Sequence record: OQ174501.1
Length of the DNA stretch: 64,000 bases
Reading direction: 5' to 3' (one strand)
Source of the DNA: Escherichia phage REP2
Position 1 is the first letter of the stretch; the number at the start of each line of letters is the position of its first letter. Made by a program: the position numbers and the translations under genes. Shown here piece by piece: positions 8,907 to 17,696 of this stretch. The notes beneath the pieces are model-generated. The model was not told the DNA's origin. It saw nothing but the letters and a program-made list of their open reading frames with translations, and did not search any database.

Positions 8907-9240
8907 AATTTTGGTTTTATGTATAGGATTAATTTCATTTTCTGTGTTAGCAGATACATCATATACTGAAATTAGAGAGTATGTAAACCGTACTGCCGCG
9001 GATTATTGTGGGAAAAATAAAGCATGCCAAGCTGAATTTGCGCAGAAATTAATATATGCATATAAAGACGGAGAAAGAGATAAATCAAGCAGATATAAAA
9101 ATGATACATTGTTAAAACGATATGCTAAAAAGTGGAATACTTTAGAATGTTCAGTTGCGGAGGAGAAAGATAAAGCCGCTTGTCATTCAATGGTTGACCG
9201 TTTAGTAGATTCTTATAATCGAGGATTGAGTACTAGATGA
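8899..9240 (+). CDS. Secreted Cys-containing small protein
   Basis: Signal peptide MTKILVLCIGLISFSVLA; four Cys; 113 aa. Confidence 0.5.
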   Translation: MTKILVLCIGLISFSVLADTSYTEIREYVNRTAADYCGKNKACQAEFAQKLIYAYKDGERDKSSRYKNDTLLKRYAKKWNTLECSVAEEKDKAACHSMVDRLVDSYNRGLSTR

Positions 9241-9716
9241 TTGTAAAATATATCAAGGGCGATATTGTCGCCCTATTTCTTCAAGGTAATATTATTGCGC
9301 ACGGGTGCAATTGCTTCCACACAATGGGCTCTGGCGTAGCGGGTCAATTAGCAAGAGCCTATCCCAAAATTTTAGAAATAGATAAAACCACTACCGAGTA
9401 CGGTTCTCGTGATAAATTAGGCGATATGTCTATTGTTTTTAAACATAGTCCTACGGGATTTGGTATATGCTATAACCTGTATACACAATACGAACCGGGT
9501 CCTAATCTTGATTATGGTGCTTTAGTAAACTGCATGATAGAATTAAATCTACAGGCAGAAACCCTTTTGTTTAAACCAGTAATTTACATTCCACGCATAG
9601 GTTGCGGTATTGCTGGCGGCGATTGGGATAAGGTTTCTAAATTAATCGACATGTTTACTCCTGATATTGATTTAATAGTGGTGGATTATGAAAGTACATT
9701 ACCCGCATCCGTTTGA
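9237..9716 (+). CDS. Macro-domain protein (ADP-ribose binding/processing)
   Basis: Macro motifs IIAHGCNCFHTMGSGVAGQLARA and IPRIGCGIAGGDW; 159 aa. Confidence 0.7.
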   Translation: MIVKYIKGDIVALFLQGNIIAHGCNCFHTMGSGVAGQLARAYPKILEIDKTTTEYGSRDKLGDMSIVFKHSPTGFGICYNLYTQYEPGPNLDYGALVNCMIELNLQAETLLFKPVIYIPRIGCGIAGGDWDKVSKLIDMFTPDIDLIVVDYESTLPASV

Positions 9717-9900
9717 TCCTAAAAACAAAGTGGAAATTATTCGTCAATGGGAACGCATTTGCCGTACTAAATGCCCAATTAATAGTCCACATGATGTAGA
9801 TAAAGACTATATTGGAACATTCGTTGAATATACCTTTATTGATAGGAAAGGTCGTAAACAACATGTAGAAGAATATTGTTTAAAGGTTACATGGTTATGA
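9688..9900 (+). CDS. Hypothetical protein
   Basis: 70-aa ORF, 3' end overlaps the next gene. Confidence 0.4.
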   Translation: MKVHYPHPFDPKNKVEIIRQWERICRTKCPINSPHDVDKDYIGTFVEYTFIDRKGRKQHVEEYCLKVTWL

Positions 9901-10103
9901 GCCAAACTAGTATTCTTAAAAATGCCCACTGCGAAAAGTGTGAATGGCCAGTTGTTTTTGCTTTATGTAATGATGAAATGGCTTGTGATTTCGATTATTG
10001 GTGCTATTGTTCTAATAAAGGATGCATCAATCATAAAGGTGAAGGATTTTATTCGGGATTTTATCCTTATCCAGATTTCGTTAAAGAAGGTAAACCGAAA
10101 TGA
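9897..10103 (+). CDS. Cys-rich small protein
   Basis: ATGA overlap start; 11 Cys in 68 aa. Confidence 0.45.
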   Translation: MSQTSILKNAHCEKCEWPVVFALCNDEMACDFDYWCYCSNKGCINHKGEGFYSGFYPYPDFVKEGKPK

Positions 10104-10273
10104 ATAGTTCTGAGTTACAATATGAAGTGTTACGTGAACTTGATAATTTAATTGAACTCGCTGTTAATAAAGGTTTTGCCATTGGAATTGGTCAAAAAGA
10201 TACTGGTCATTTAACTATGGAAATATTTAAGCAAAAGCGAATTATTTTAAAACTCCTGGAAATTAATATATGA
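10100..10273 (+). CDS. Hypothetical small protein (57 aa)
   Basis: ATGA overlap with both neighbours. Confidence 0.4.
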   Translation: MNSSELQYEVLRELDNLIELAVNKGFAIGIGQKDTGHLTMEIFKQKRIILKLLEINI

Positions 10274-10455
10274 GTCTGAGTAAAGAACAAAAAGATAAAT
10301 TGTTTGAGCTTATCCATGAACTTCTAGATGAGCATACAGAAGCAAACACCTTTTATGATGAATACGGCCCGCTATCTCCCGAACAGCAAGAAGAATTTGC
10401 TGATCGGTTTGATAAGAAAGAAAACGAATTAATAGCTTATGTGAATATGCTTTAA
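10270..10455 (+). CDS. Hypothetical small acidic protein
   Basis: 61 aa. Confidence 0.5.
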   Translation: MSLSKEQKDKLFELIHELLDEHTEANTFYDEYGPLSPEQQEEFADRFDKKENELIAYVNML

Positions 10456-10464
10456 GAAGGTGAT

Positions 10465-11046
10465 ATGGCGAGTTTAATTTTTACTTACGCAGCAATGAAT
10501 GCTGGAAAATCTGCTTCTCTTTTGACTGCTGCACATAATTATAAAGAACGCGGAATGGGTGTATTAGTTCTTAAGCCTGCTATTGATACTCGCGATTCTG
10601 TCTGTGAAGTCGTTTCTCGCATTGGAATTAAGCAGGAAGCGAATATTATTACGGATGATATGGATATTTTTGAGTTCTATAAATGGGCTGAAGCACAAAA
10701 AGATATTCATTGTGTATTTGTAGATGAAGCTCAGTTTTTAAAAACTGAACAGGTGCATCAATTAAGTCGAATTGTTGATACATATAATGTTCCTGTTATG
10801 GCTTATGGGCTAAGGACTGATTTCGCTGGAAAATTATTTGAAGGTTCTAAAGAACTTTTGGCGATTGCAGATAAACTTATTGAACTAAAGGCAGTTTGTC
10901 ATTGTGGTAAAAAAGCTATTATGACAGCTCGATTAATGGAAGATGGAACACCAGTTAAAGAAGGTAATCAAATCTGTATTGGTGATGAAATTTATGTTTC
11001 TTTGTGTAGAAAACATTGGAACGAATTAACTAAAAAGCTCGGTTAG
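10465..11046 (+). CDS. tk: Thymidine kinase
   Basis: 193 aa; P-loop AAMNAGKS; C-terminal Cys zinc motif CHCGKKA...C typical of TK1-type enzymes. Confidence 0.9.
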   Translation: MASLIFTYAAMNAGKSASLLTAAHNYKERGMGVLVLKPAIDTRDSVCEVVSRIGIKQEANIITDDMDIFEFYKWAEAQKDIHCVFVDEAQFLKTEQVHQLSRIVDTYNVPVMAYGLRTDFAGKLFEGSKELLAIADKLIELKAVCHCGKKAIMTARLMEDGTPVKEGNQICIGDEIYVSLCRKHWNELTKKLG

Positions 11047-11055
11047 TGCAAAAGT

Positions 11056-11063
11056 TATAAATA
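11056..11063 (+). promoter_or_regulatory. T4-type late promoter (TATAAATA)
   Basis: Exact TATAAATA upstream of the rI-region genes. Confidence 0.45.
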
Positions 11064-11088
11064 GGTTTATCTAACTAAAGGGGTATAT

Positions 11089-11301
11089 ATGCTACAATTA
11101 ACTGAAAAGCAACTTCGCAATCTTACTGTTCTTCAATTAGATGAAATTCGTAGGGAAGTTGGAAATATCATTTCAGCTTTGCGTCGAGAAGTATCACTCA
11201 ACCAATCTCCGGCAGACTATACTAGATTGCGAAATTTTGAAAAATACCTTGATAAAGTTAAGGCCGTGCATCGGCATAAAGTAAATACAGGACAAAAATG
11301 A
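11089..11301 (+). CDS. Hypothetical protein (rI.1 position)
   Basis: 70 aa; SD aaagggg. Confidence 0.5.
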
Positions 11302-11313
11302 TAGGAGGCCTTT

Positions 11314-11607
11314 ATGGCCTTAAAAGCAACGGCACTATTTGCCATGCTAGGATTAGCGTTTGCCTTATCTCCACCAATTGAAGCGAATGTCGATCCTCAT
11401 TTTGATAAATTTATGGAATCTGGTATTAGACACGTTTATATGCTTTTTGAAAATAAAAGCGTAGAATCATCTGAACAGTTCTATAGTTTTATGCGAACGA
11501 CTTATAAAAATGACCCGTGCTCTTCCGATTTTGAATGTATAGAGCGAGGCGCGGAGATGGCACAATCATACGCTAGAATTATGAACATTAAATTGGAGAC
11601 TGAATGA
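11314..11607 (+). CDS. rI: Lysis inhibition regulator RI (periplasmic antiholin-type)
   Basis: 97 aa with N-terminal signal/anchor MALKATALFAMLGLAFALS; located next to tk as in T4. Confidence 0.75.
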   Translation: MALKATALFAMLGLAFALSPPIEANVDPHFDKFMESGIRHVYMLFENKSVESSEQFYSFMRTTYKNDPCSSDFECIERGAEMAQSYARIMNIKLETE

Positions 11608-11990
11608 AATTCAGCGACTTTTCACAAAGTGGAAAACCTTCAAAGGCAGATGAATACTTAGGTTTATTAATGGCTGCACAAGCTTATTTTCATTCTGCGC
11701 ATTTTGAAACTAAAAGTTATGCTAGACACAAAGCATACGATTTTATTTTCTCTGAGTTGCCAGATTTGATTGATAAATTTGGTGAGCAATATTTGGGGTA
11801 TTCTGGTAGAAAATACACGCCTTCTATTCCAGATGCCAGTAAACTTCCTACCGACACAATTAAAATGATTGATCGCATACTAGACCAATCTAACAGCATT
11901 TATAAAGAAATGCCTCCAGCCATTCAAAGCACGATAGATGATATTACTGGGATGTTTTACCAGAGTAAATATCTTCTTTCCCTCGAATAA
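11604..11990 (+). CDS. Hypothetical protein (rI.-1 position)
   Basis: 128 aa; ATGA overlap with rI. Confidence 0.55.
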   Translation: MKFSDFSQSGKPSKADEYLGLLMAAQAYFHSAHFETKSYARHKAYDFIFSELPDLIDKFGEQYLGYSGRKYTPSIPDASKLPTDTIKMIDRILDQSNSIYKEMPPAIQSTIDDITGMFYQSKYLLSLE

Positions 11991-11994
11991 CATT

Positions 11995-12017
11995 AGTCTC
12001 CTTCGGGAGACTTTTTT
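11995..12017 (+). terminator. Rho-independent terminator
   Basis: agtctcc-ttcg-ggagact hairpin + T6. Confidence 0.7.
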
Positions 12018-12019
12018 CA

Positions 12020-12062
12020 TTTTACCGGTTTACTTTCCATTTGAGCTGTGATACTATACAAC
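12020..12062 (+). promoter_or_regulatory. T4 early promoter
   Basis: GTTTAC 12028-12033; -10-like gatactat. Confidence 0.5.
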
Positions 12063-12085
12063 TATCGGATAAAGAGGAGAACATC

Positions 12086-12274
12086 ATGAAAATTGAAGCA
12101 CTTAATCAAGAAGGAAATATCTACGTCATCATTAATGGTGATTTTTTCGTCGACATGGATGAAGTTACTAGTGAAGAACTTGTAGAACTTCTTAAGAAAC
12201 GTTATGATATGTGTGATGAAGCTGCAACTCATATGGCGTGTGCAATATTCTCTCTTTCATATGTGGTGGAATAA
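12086..12274 (+). CDS. Hypothetical small protein
   Basis: ATG after SD aaagaggag (ORF track starts at 12041). Confidence 0.5.
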   Translation: MKIEALNQEGNIYVIINGDFFVDMDEVTSEELVELLKKRYDMCDEAATHMACAIFSLSYVVE

Positions 12275-12477
12275 TGACTAGAATTGAACAAGCAGATAAA
12301 ATCAAGGAATTAGTGGCTTCAATTCGTAAAGCAGATGAAGAGCTGATTGACTTTGCTTGGTATTCATCGGGTATTTCGAATAAAGGCATTAAAGACTTTG
12401 AAACTAAAGTGGATAATGCTATAGAAGCGTTAGATATGTTTCTTGATGAAATTATTGATCATAATACGAGAGTTTAA
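12274..12477 (+). CDS. Hypothetical small protein
   Basis: TAATG overlap start. Confidence 0.45.
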   Translation: MTRIEQADKIKELVASIRKADEELIDFAWYSSGISNKGIKDFETKVDNAIEALDMFLDEIIDHNTRV

Positions 12478-12479
12478 GT

Positions 12480-12674
12480 ATGCTAACACGTGAACAGTTT
12501 GAAAAAATCATTAAATTAGCACGTGATATTGAAATAGATTCATATCAATTAGCAGTTGAGCATTGTGAAGGATACTCATACGATGGTATAGAAGCAGCTA
12601 AAAAGGATTTGGATAAATCCAAAGCTAAGTTAGTTCAATATCTTGAAATGATTAGGTGGAATAATGAAAACTGA
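12480..12674 (+). CDS. Hypothetical small protein
   Basis: 64 aa. Confidence 0.5.
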   Translation: MLTREQFEKIIKLARDIEIDSYQLAVEHCEGYSYDGIEAAKKDLDKSKAKLVQYLEMIRWNNEN

Positions 12675-12837
12675 AAAGCAGATGTTTTTAATGAAGCTAA
12701 TTGAAGAATATGCTAATGCAGTTTCTGACTATGAGTATTCTGCTAGGGAAAGAGGTACAGCTTTCGCAAAGGAAGAAATGAAAATCATGGTTGATGCTCA
12801 CACAAAGCTTCAGAATTTTATTGAAAACGTCATTTAA
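12664..12837 (+). CDS. Hypothetical small protein (57 aa)
   Basis: Overlapping start; below the ORF-track cut-off. Confidence 0.35.
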   Translation: MKTEKQMFLMKLIEEYANAVSDYEYSARERGTAFAKEEMKIMVDAHTKLQNFIENVI

Positions 12838-12872
12838 TGGTTTACAAGTTGGCAAGGTTATGATATAGTAAT
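12835..12872 (+). promoter_or_regulatory. T4 early promoter with flanking inverted repeat
   Basis: GTTTACA 12840-12846, TATAGT 12864-12869; caagttggcaagg ... cttgtcaactgccaagg arms around the -10. Confidence 0.55.
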
Positions 12873-13004
12873 CTTGTCAACTGCCAAGGAGAAGAGAATG
12901 AAAGTTTTGTTTGTTGTGTATGTGATGATTCAATATAATTATCCAATGTTTACTTATAATCTGGTGAACAACATTATTGATATTATTCAAAGGAGTGTGT
13001 AATT

Positions 13005-13562
13005 GTGGGTGAGTCGAAGAGAATCAATATGAAACGATTAGTATTAGAAGTTAGTCCGCTTTTTGGTGAATTAGCTATAGAAAAAGTAAATAATATGTAT
13101 CGTTTGACACAAGAAGACGATATGCTATATTTTACGCCTAGTGAAATCATTCATTTAACCCAAATTGAATATCCTTATACTGATAAAATAGTAAGCATCA
13201 ATGATGAGCACAAAATTCATTTTTATTCTTCATGCCCAGGATTTAATATTAAAAGTGAGTCAATGTGTTTATCAGTTATCCATTGGGATAGTTTTATAGA
13301 TAAGATTAAATATTTTTATTATTCTAATGAAAGAAAACATAGTTTAAAATGGCTCAAAAATTGCAATGCTATTATTACTAACGCTTGCAATCAGAATGAT
13401 GAAACTGTTTTAAACGTATCAAAATGCTATGAAGATGGTGATGTCTTAACTATTCGTCAAATTGATGATTTTCGATCGTATATTGTCACATTTACCAAAG
13501 ACGAAGCTATTGCGCTAAAGACTTATCTCGATTCTGTCATTCCAACTATGATTTCAAAGTGA
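13005..13562 (+). CDS. Hypothetical protein, paralogue A
   Basis: GTG start 7 nt after aaaggagtg; C-terminus DEAIALKTYLDSVIPTM resembles that of the next gene. Confidence 0.55.
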   Translation: MGESKRINMKRLVLEVSPLFGELAIEKVNNMYRLTQEDDMLYFTPSEIIHLTQIEYPYTDKIVSINDEHKIHFYSSCPGFNIKSESMCLSVIHWDSFIDKIKYFYYSNERKHSLKWLKNCNAIITNACNQNDETVLNVSKCYEDGDVLTIRQIDDFRSYIVTFTKDEAIALKTYLDSVIPTMISK

Positions 13563-13568
13563 GGAAAT

Positions 13569-14090
13569 ATGTTTATTTCAAGTGGAAGTGGTTTAATTCG
13601 TGTTGAATTTAAAAATGACATCTTCCTTATTCAAGGAGATGATATTATTAAAATGAGTTATGATGAAATTAAGAAAATTTGTAATGCTCTTGAAAGTCAT
13701 GGAAAAGTGAACGCTGTTATTGATATTGGTGATTTATGGGTGACACTTTATGAAGTATCCGAAGGATTTAATATTGAAGATGAAAACAACATCTTAGCTA
13801 TTGATAAAAGAAGCGATTTGTTTGATGTGTTAAAAGTTTATGAACAGTCAAACGGTGGAAGAAAAGCTGTATTGATTTATCAAAAACCACATTCATGTGG
13901 AACTGCTTCAATCATTTCAGATATTGAAGATGAAACTGATACTTATATGTGTGTTTTAAAAGCTGGTGGTGACCGTCATCCGGATTTTATTTCTATTCGT
14001 CAAAACAATGGAGAAATTTCATTATCAAAATCAGAAGCTGAAGCTATGATTAAGTATTTAACAACTGTTACACCTTCAATGAAAGGATAA
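13569..14090 (+). CDS. Hypothetical protein, paralogue B
   Basis: C-terminus SEAEAMIKYLTTVTPSM; 173 aa. Confidence 0.55.
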   Translation: MFISSGSGLIRVEFKNDIFLIQGDDIIKMSYDEIKKICNALESHGKVNAVIDIGDLWVTLYEVSEGFNIEDENNILAIDKRSDLFDVLKVYEQSNGGRKAVLIYQKPHSCGTASIISDIEDETDTYMCVLKAGGDRHPDFISIRQNNGEISLSKSEAEAMIKYLTTVTPSMKG

Positions 14091-14092
14091 TT

Positions 14093-14554
14093 ATGATTAT
14101 TAATGAAAACTCTTGGCACTATAAATTATTCAAACTGTTTAACGACGAATGGAAACGACCTAAGACACTGTGTGCATACTTTTGGTCTATTGTTATCCCT
14201 ACATTTTTCGTTTCTTTTTTCGGATGTACTATACTCGCAGGTCTAACTATTATCTGTGCAGAAATCATACAGAAATGGCTTATTTTTGGTAGTTTATGGA
14301 CTCTTCTTCCATCGGCATTTATACTTGCACTTTTGGTTGTTTTACTTATTATCGGTTCATTTGTTATTCCTGCACATTTGCGTGAAAAATATAAAGATTA
14401 TAAATGGAAAAAGGATTATGCTTTACACGTAGAAAATATTGATAGGGCGTATAAAGGTTTACCTCCTATTCAACCAAAGAAATCGGTTATCGTTGAATTT
14501 TTAAAAGCTCGTAAAGCTAAAGTATGTCCTGTTATTGAATATAAGGCTGAATGA
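14093..14554 (+). CDS. Membrane protein (3 predicted TM)
   Basis: Hydrophobic segments; ATGATG overlap with the downstream NTase gene. Confidence 0.55.
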   Translation: MIINENSWHYKLFKLFNDEWKRPKTLCAYFWSIVIPTFFVSFFGCTILAGLTIICAEIIQKWLIFGSLWTLLPSAFILALLVVLLIIGSFVIPAHLREKYKDYKWKKDYALHVENIDRAYKGLPPIQPKKSVIVEFLKARKAKVCPVIEYKAE

Positions 14555-15564
14555 TGAAAACAGTAATGAAAAGCTATTTTGGTAGTCATCTTTATGGAAC
14601 TTCTACCCCAGAATCTGATGTAGATTTTAAAGAAATCTTTGTTCCTCCTGCTCGCGATATTCTTATCGGAAATGTTAAAGAGCATATGAGTAAAAACACT
14701 AACAACACATCATCTAAAAACACTAAAGATGATATTGACCATGAACTATACAGTCTTAAATATTTCTTTAAATTAGCAGCAGATGGTGAAACTGTAGCGT
14801 TAGATATGCTTCACACTCCACCTGAACTAGTGGTTAAATCTGATTTGCCTGATGTGTGGAAGTTTATTCAAGACAACCGTTCTCGTTTTTATACGACTAA
14901 CATGAAATCCTATTTAGGATATGTTCGCAAGCAAGCTTCTAAATACGGTGTCAAGGGTTCTCGTTTGGCTGCATTACGCGATGTATTGAAAGTAGTTAAT
15001 CAAATCCCCGAGCAATGGGTTGATTACCAAGAAGACGGTTCCATTAAGCAGCGTCGTACTAAAGTTGAAGATATTAAGCATCGTCTTCCAGAAAACGAAT
15101 TCTGTGAATGGGTGTTCCATAATCATGAGAAAACAGGTCCACAAACGTTCTACACAGTGTTGGGTCGTAAATATCAGACAACGCTTTCTCTTATTGAGCT
15201 TAAGCAGTCACTGAACAAATTAGATGCTGAATATGGTGAACGTGCTCGTAAGGCCGAAGCCAATGAAGGTATTGACTGGAAAGCTCTGAGTCATGCTTGT
15301 CGTGGTGGACTTCAACTATTGGAAATTTACAAAACTGGTGACTTGGTTTATCCACTCCAAGATGCTCCATTTATTCTCGACGTGAAGTTGGGTAAACATC
15401 CATTTAAAACAGTTCAAGAGTTTTTGGAAGATGTGGTCGATCAAGTAGAAGCAGCATCTACTGAAGCTTCTAAGAATGGTATGCCTAAAACAGTAGATAT
15501 GAGCTTTTGGAATAATTTCCTCGAACAGGTTTATCTTGAAAACCACCGAAGTTATTATAAATGA
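14551..15564 (+). CDS. Pol-beta-superfamily nucleotidyltransferase-like protein
   Basis: FGSHLYGTSTPESDVDF (GS-x11-DxD) and downstream DDIDHE acidic motif; 337 aa. Confidence 0.6.
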   Translation: MMKTVMKSYFGSHLYGTSTPESDVDFKEIFVPPARDILIGNVKEHMSKNTNNTSSKNTKDDIDHELYSLKYFFKLAADGETVALDMLHTPPELVVKSDLPDVWKFIQDNRSRFYTTNMKSYLGYVRKQASKYGVKGSRLAALRDVLKVVNQIPEQWVDYQEDGSIKQRRTKVEDIKHRLPENEFCEWVFHNHEKTGPQTFYTVLGRKYQTTLSLIELKQSLNKLDAEYGERARKAEANEGIDWKALSHACRGGLQLLEIYKTGDLVYPLQDAPFILDVKLGKHPFKTVQEFLEDVVDQVEAASTEASKNGMPKTVDMSFWNNFLEQVYLENHRSYYK

Positions 15565-15566
15565 TA

Positions 15567-15591
15567 GGGAGCCTTCGGGCTCCCTTTTTTT
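15567..15591 (+). terminator. Rho-independent terminator
   Basis: gggagcc-ttcg-ggctccc + T7. Confidence 0.75.
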
Positions 15592-15604
15592 ATTTCAAAA
15601 ATTT

Positions 15605-15652
15605 TTTCACAAAATTGTTTACAAGCATAAAGCTTTATGGTACTATACAACT
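15605..15652 (+). promoter_or_regulatory. T4 early promoter
   Basis: GTTTAC 15617-15622, TACTAT 15641-15646; leader tatacaactatcaact...ggagaataaaATG shared with 705-790 and 43380-43458. Confidence 0.6.
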
Positions 15653-15680
15653 ATCAACTGATACGGATTTGGAGAATAAA

Positions 15681-16649
15681 ATGAAAACTGTAACTATCAA
15701 TAAGGGTATCTACTTCGGTAAAGAAATCTCTGGAACTTTTGAGCTCTTAGGCGAATGGTTCCCAGATAATGCTCCAGTAGATGCACAAGGAGATGGTAAA
15801 GTTTTTGTTGAAATTGACGGTAAACGTCGCGGTGTTTGGGTTTACAAATCAGACATTTCATATGATGGTGTAAAAGTTGAAGAAGTTAAAGAAACGTATG
15901 AAGATATGAAAACCCGCATTAATAAAAGATTTAATGTTATGGGAATGATGACGAATGGTATTATTAACGGAAACATTCGTTCATTAATTATCTCTGGTGC
16001 GGCAGGCATTGGTAAAACGTATTCTTTAGATAAAGCTTTAAATAAAGCAAATGATATTGGATACATTGAATATAAAAGCATTAATGGTAAAATCTCTGGT
16101 ATTGGTCTTTATGAACAGCTTTGGAATAATCGTGAAGAGAATTCTGTCCTTTTGATTGATGATGTGGATGTTTTCTCTGATATGGACATTCTTAATCTTC
16201 TGAAAGCTGCTCTGGACACCGGAGAGACCCGTAAAGTCTGCTGGAGCACTGCGTCTTCTTACTTAGAAGAAAAAGGCATTGAGCGTGAGTTTGAATTTAA
16301 AGGAACGATTGTTTTTATCACAAACGTTGACATTGACCGCGAATTAGACCGTGGTACTAAACTTGCTCCACATTTACAAGCATTAGTGTCCCGCTCGGTT
16401 TATTTGGATTTGGGTGTTCACACTAATGAAGAAATTATGGTCAGGGTTGAAGATGTTATTCTTTCAACTGACATGATGCAAAAGCGCGGTCTTTCTGATG
16501 AAGAAACTTATAAAGCATTATCATGGATGAAAGTTAATGTTAATCGTTTACGCAATGTTTCACTGCGTACTGCTCTTTATCTTGCTGACTTTATTATGAC
16601 CGACAAAAACGGTTGGGAAGAAATTGCTGAGGTTACTCTTCTGAAATAA
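15681..16649 (+). CDS. AAA+ family ATPase
   Basis: Walker A GAAGIGKT, Walker B VLLIDDVD; start at ATG after ggagaataaa (ORF track starts at 15561). Confidence 0.65.
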   Translation: MKTVTINKGIYFGKEISGTFELLGEWFPDNAPVDAQGDGKVFVEIDGKRRGVWVYKSDISYDGVKVEEVKETYEDMKTRINKRFNVMGMMTNGIINGNIRSLIISGAAGIGKTYSLDKALNKANDIGYIEYKSINGKISGIGLYEQLWNNREENSVLLIDDVDVFSDMDILNLLKAALDTGETRKVCWSTASSYLEEKGIEREFEFKGTIVFITNVDIDRELDRGTKLAPHLQALVSRSVYLDLGVHTNEEIMVRVEDVILSTDMMQKRGLSDEETYKALSWMKVNVNRLRNVSLRTALYLADFIMTDKNGWEEIAEVTLLK

Positions 16650-16747
16650 TTCATAAGAGGACTTCTATGACAAAAAGGCAGTTCAGAAATAGATTATATG
16701 GACTGCCATTAAAAAGATGACTAGAATTAAACTGGTAAATGGAGGTA

Positions 16748-17053
16748 ATGATGTTATACTCAAAGGCTCGTGAAATTTACGAAACTAAAATTAAAGAAGC
16801 AGTATTTCAGTTCGCAACAACGATGCGATGGACAAATGATTGGGAGTATTCAAAAAATCATAAGAAGCCCATGGTGACAAGAAAGGCTCATATGTTAGTG
16901 TTAATAGACCGTGAGCAGATTAAAGCCCGAGAAGCCCTCCAGAATCATAAAAAGGCTGCCTTTGAATGGTTTATGGATAACACCGCTCCTGAGACTAAGA
17001 AAGCAGTGAGCGCGTGGTTCAGTGGAAAAAATTGTGAAAGAAGTTTCTTTTAG
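16748..17053 (+). CDS. Hypothetical protein
   Basis: SD tggagg; start ambiguous among 16739, 16748 and 16751. Confidence 0.5.
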   Translation: MMLYSKAREIYETKIKEAVFQFATTMRWTNDWEYSKNHKKPMVTRKAHMLVLIDREQIKAREALQNHKKAAFEWFMDNTAPETKKAVSAWFSGKNCERSFF

Positions 17054-17092
17054 TGGTTTACAAGACCGTTCCTCTGTGGTACTATACAACTA
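17045..17092 (+). promoter_or_regulatory. T4 early promoter with flanking inverted repeat
   Basis: GTTTAC 17056-17061, TACTAT 17080-17085; ccgttcctctg ... cggaggaacag arms. Confidence 0.6.
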
Positions 17093-17113
17093 TCAACTAC
17101 GGAGGAACAGAAA

Positions 17114-17641
17114 ATGAACGCTAAAGATATTTTCAACTTGGTAAATTACAACGATGGTAAATTTAAATCTGAAGCACAAAGCAAGTTCTTTAATGACATC
17201 TCAATCGGAGGTGAAATCACTGTTGATGGAGGACAAATTTACAAATCCCGTTGGAATTGGATCGTTATTATCGATGAGATTGGTATTGTAGAAATTTACA
17301 AGAATACGAATAAAAATCGTACATTACACTGGTCTCGTGATACTAACGAACAGTACAAAAAGGATAAAGCATCTAAATTATCTCGTGTAACTCAAGAAGA
17401 TATTGAGTTCATCAAGAAAGATATTTTGATGTATGATAACTTAATTGCTGAAGAGCAAGTTGTTATTGATAAATTTGACGAGATTAAAGCTTCTCGTGAA
17501 ATTCCTGATTTTATGAAAGAATCAGTAAATGAACGATATACTCTCATTTCAGAGCGTATTGAAACTTACAAAAAGCAAAGAGCTGAACGCCAAAATACTC
17601 TTCGGAAGTTTGAAGAACGGTTAAAGACGGTACTCGCATAA
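17114..17641 (+). CDS. Hypothetical protein
   Basis: 175 aa; SD ggagg. Confidence 0.55.
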   Translation: MNAKDIFNLVNYNDGKFKSEAQSKFFNDISIGGEITVDGGQIYKSRWNWIVIIDEIGIVEIYKNTNKNRTLHWSRDTNEQYKKDKASKLSRVTQEDIEFIKKDILMYDNLIAEEQVVIDKFDEIKASREIPDFMKESVNERYTLISERIETYKKQRAERQNTLRKFEERLKTVLA

Positions 17642-17696
17642 CCGCTTTATACCAAGGATGGTATAATGGTTCTAAGCCCTTTTAATTGAGATTATT

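Noticed and set aside
15561-15680. N-terminal extensions in the ORF track (15561, 20035, 22205, 27480, 38591, 39546, 43444, 55744, 60912 and others)
   Set aside because: The extended starts run through terminators or promoters, or overlap upstream genes in another frame. The proper start is the ATG/GTG positioned after a Shine-Dalgarno sequence, and the resulting lengths match known T4 proteins (gp44 319 aa, gp62 187 aa, gp55 185 aa).
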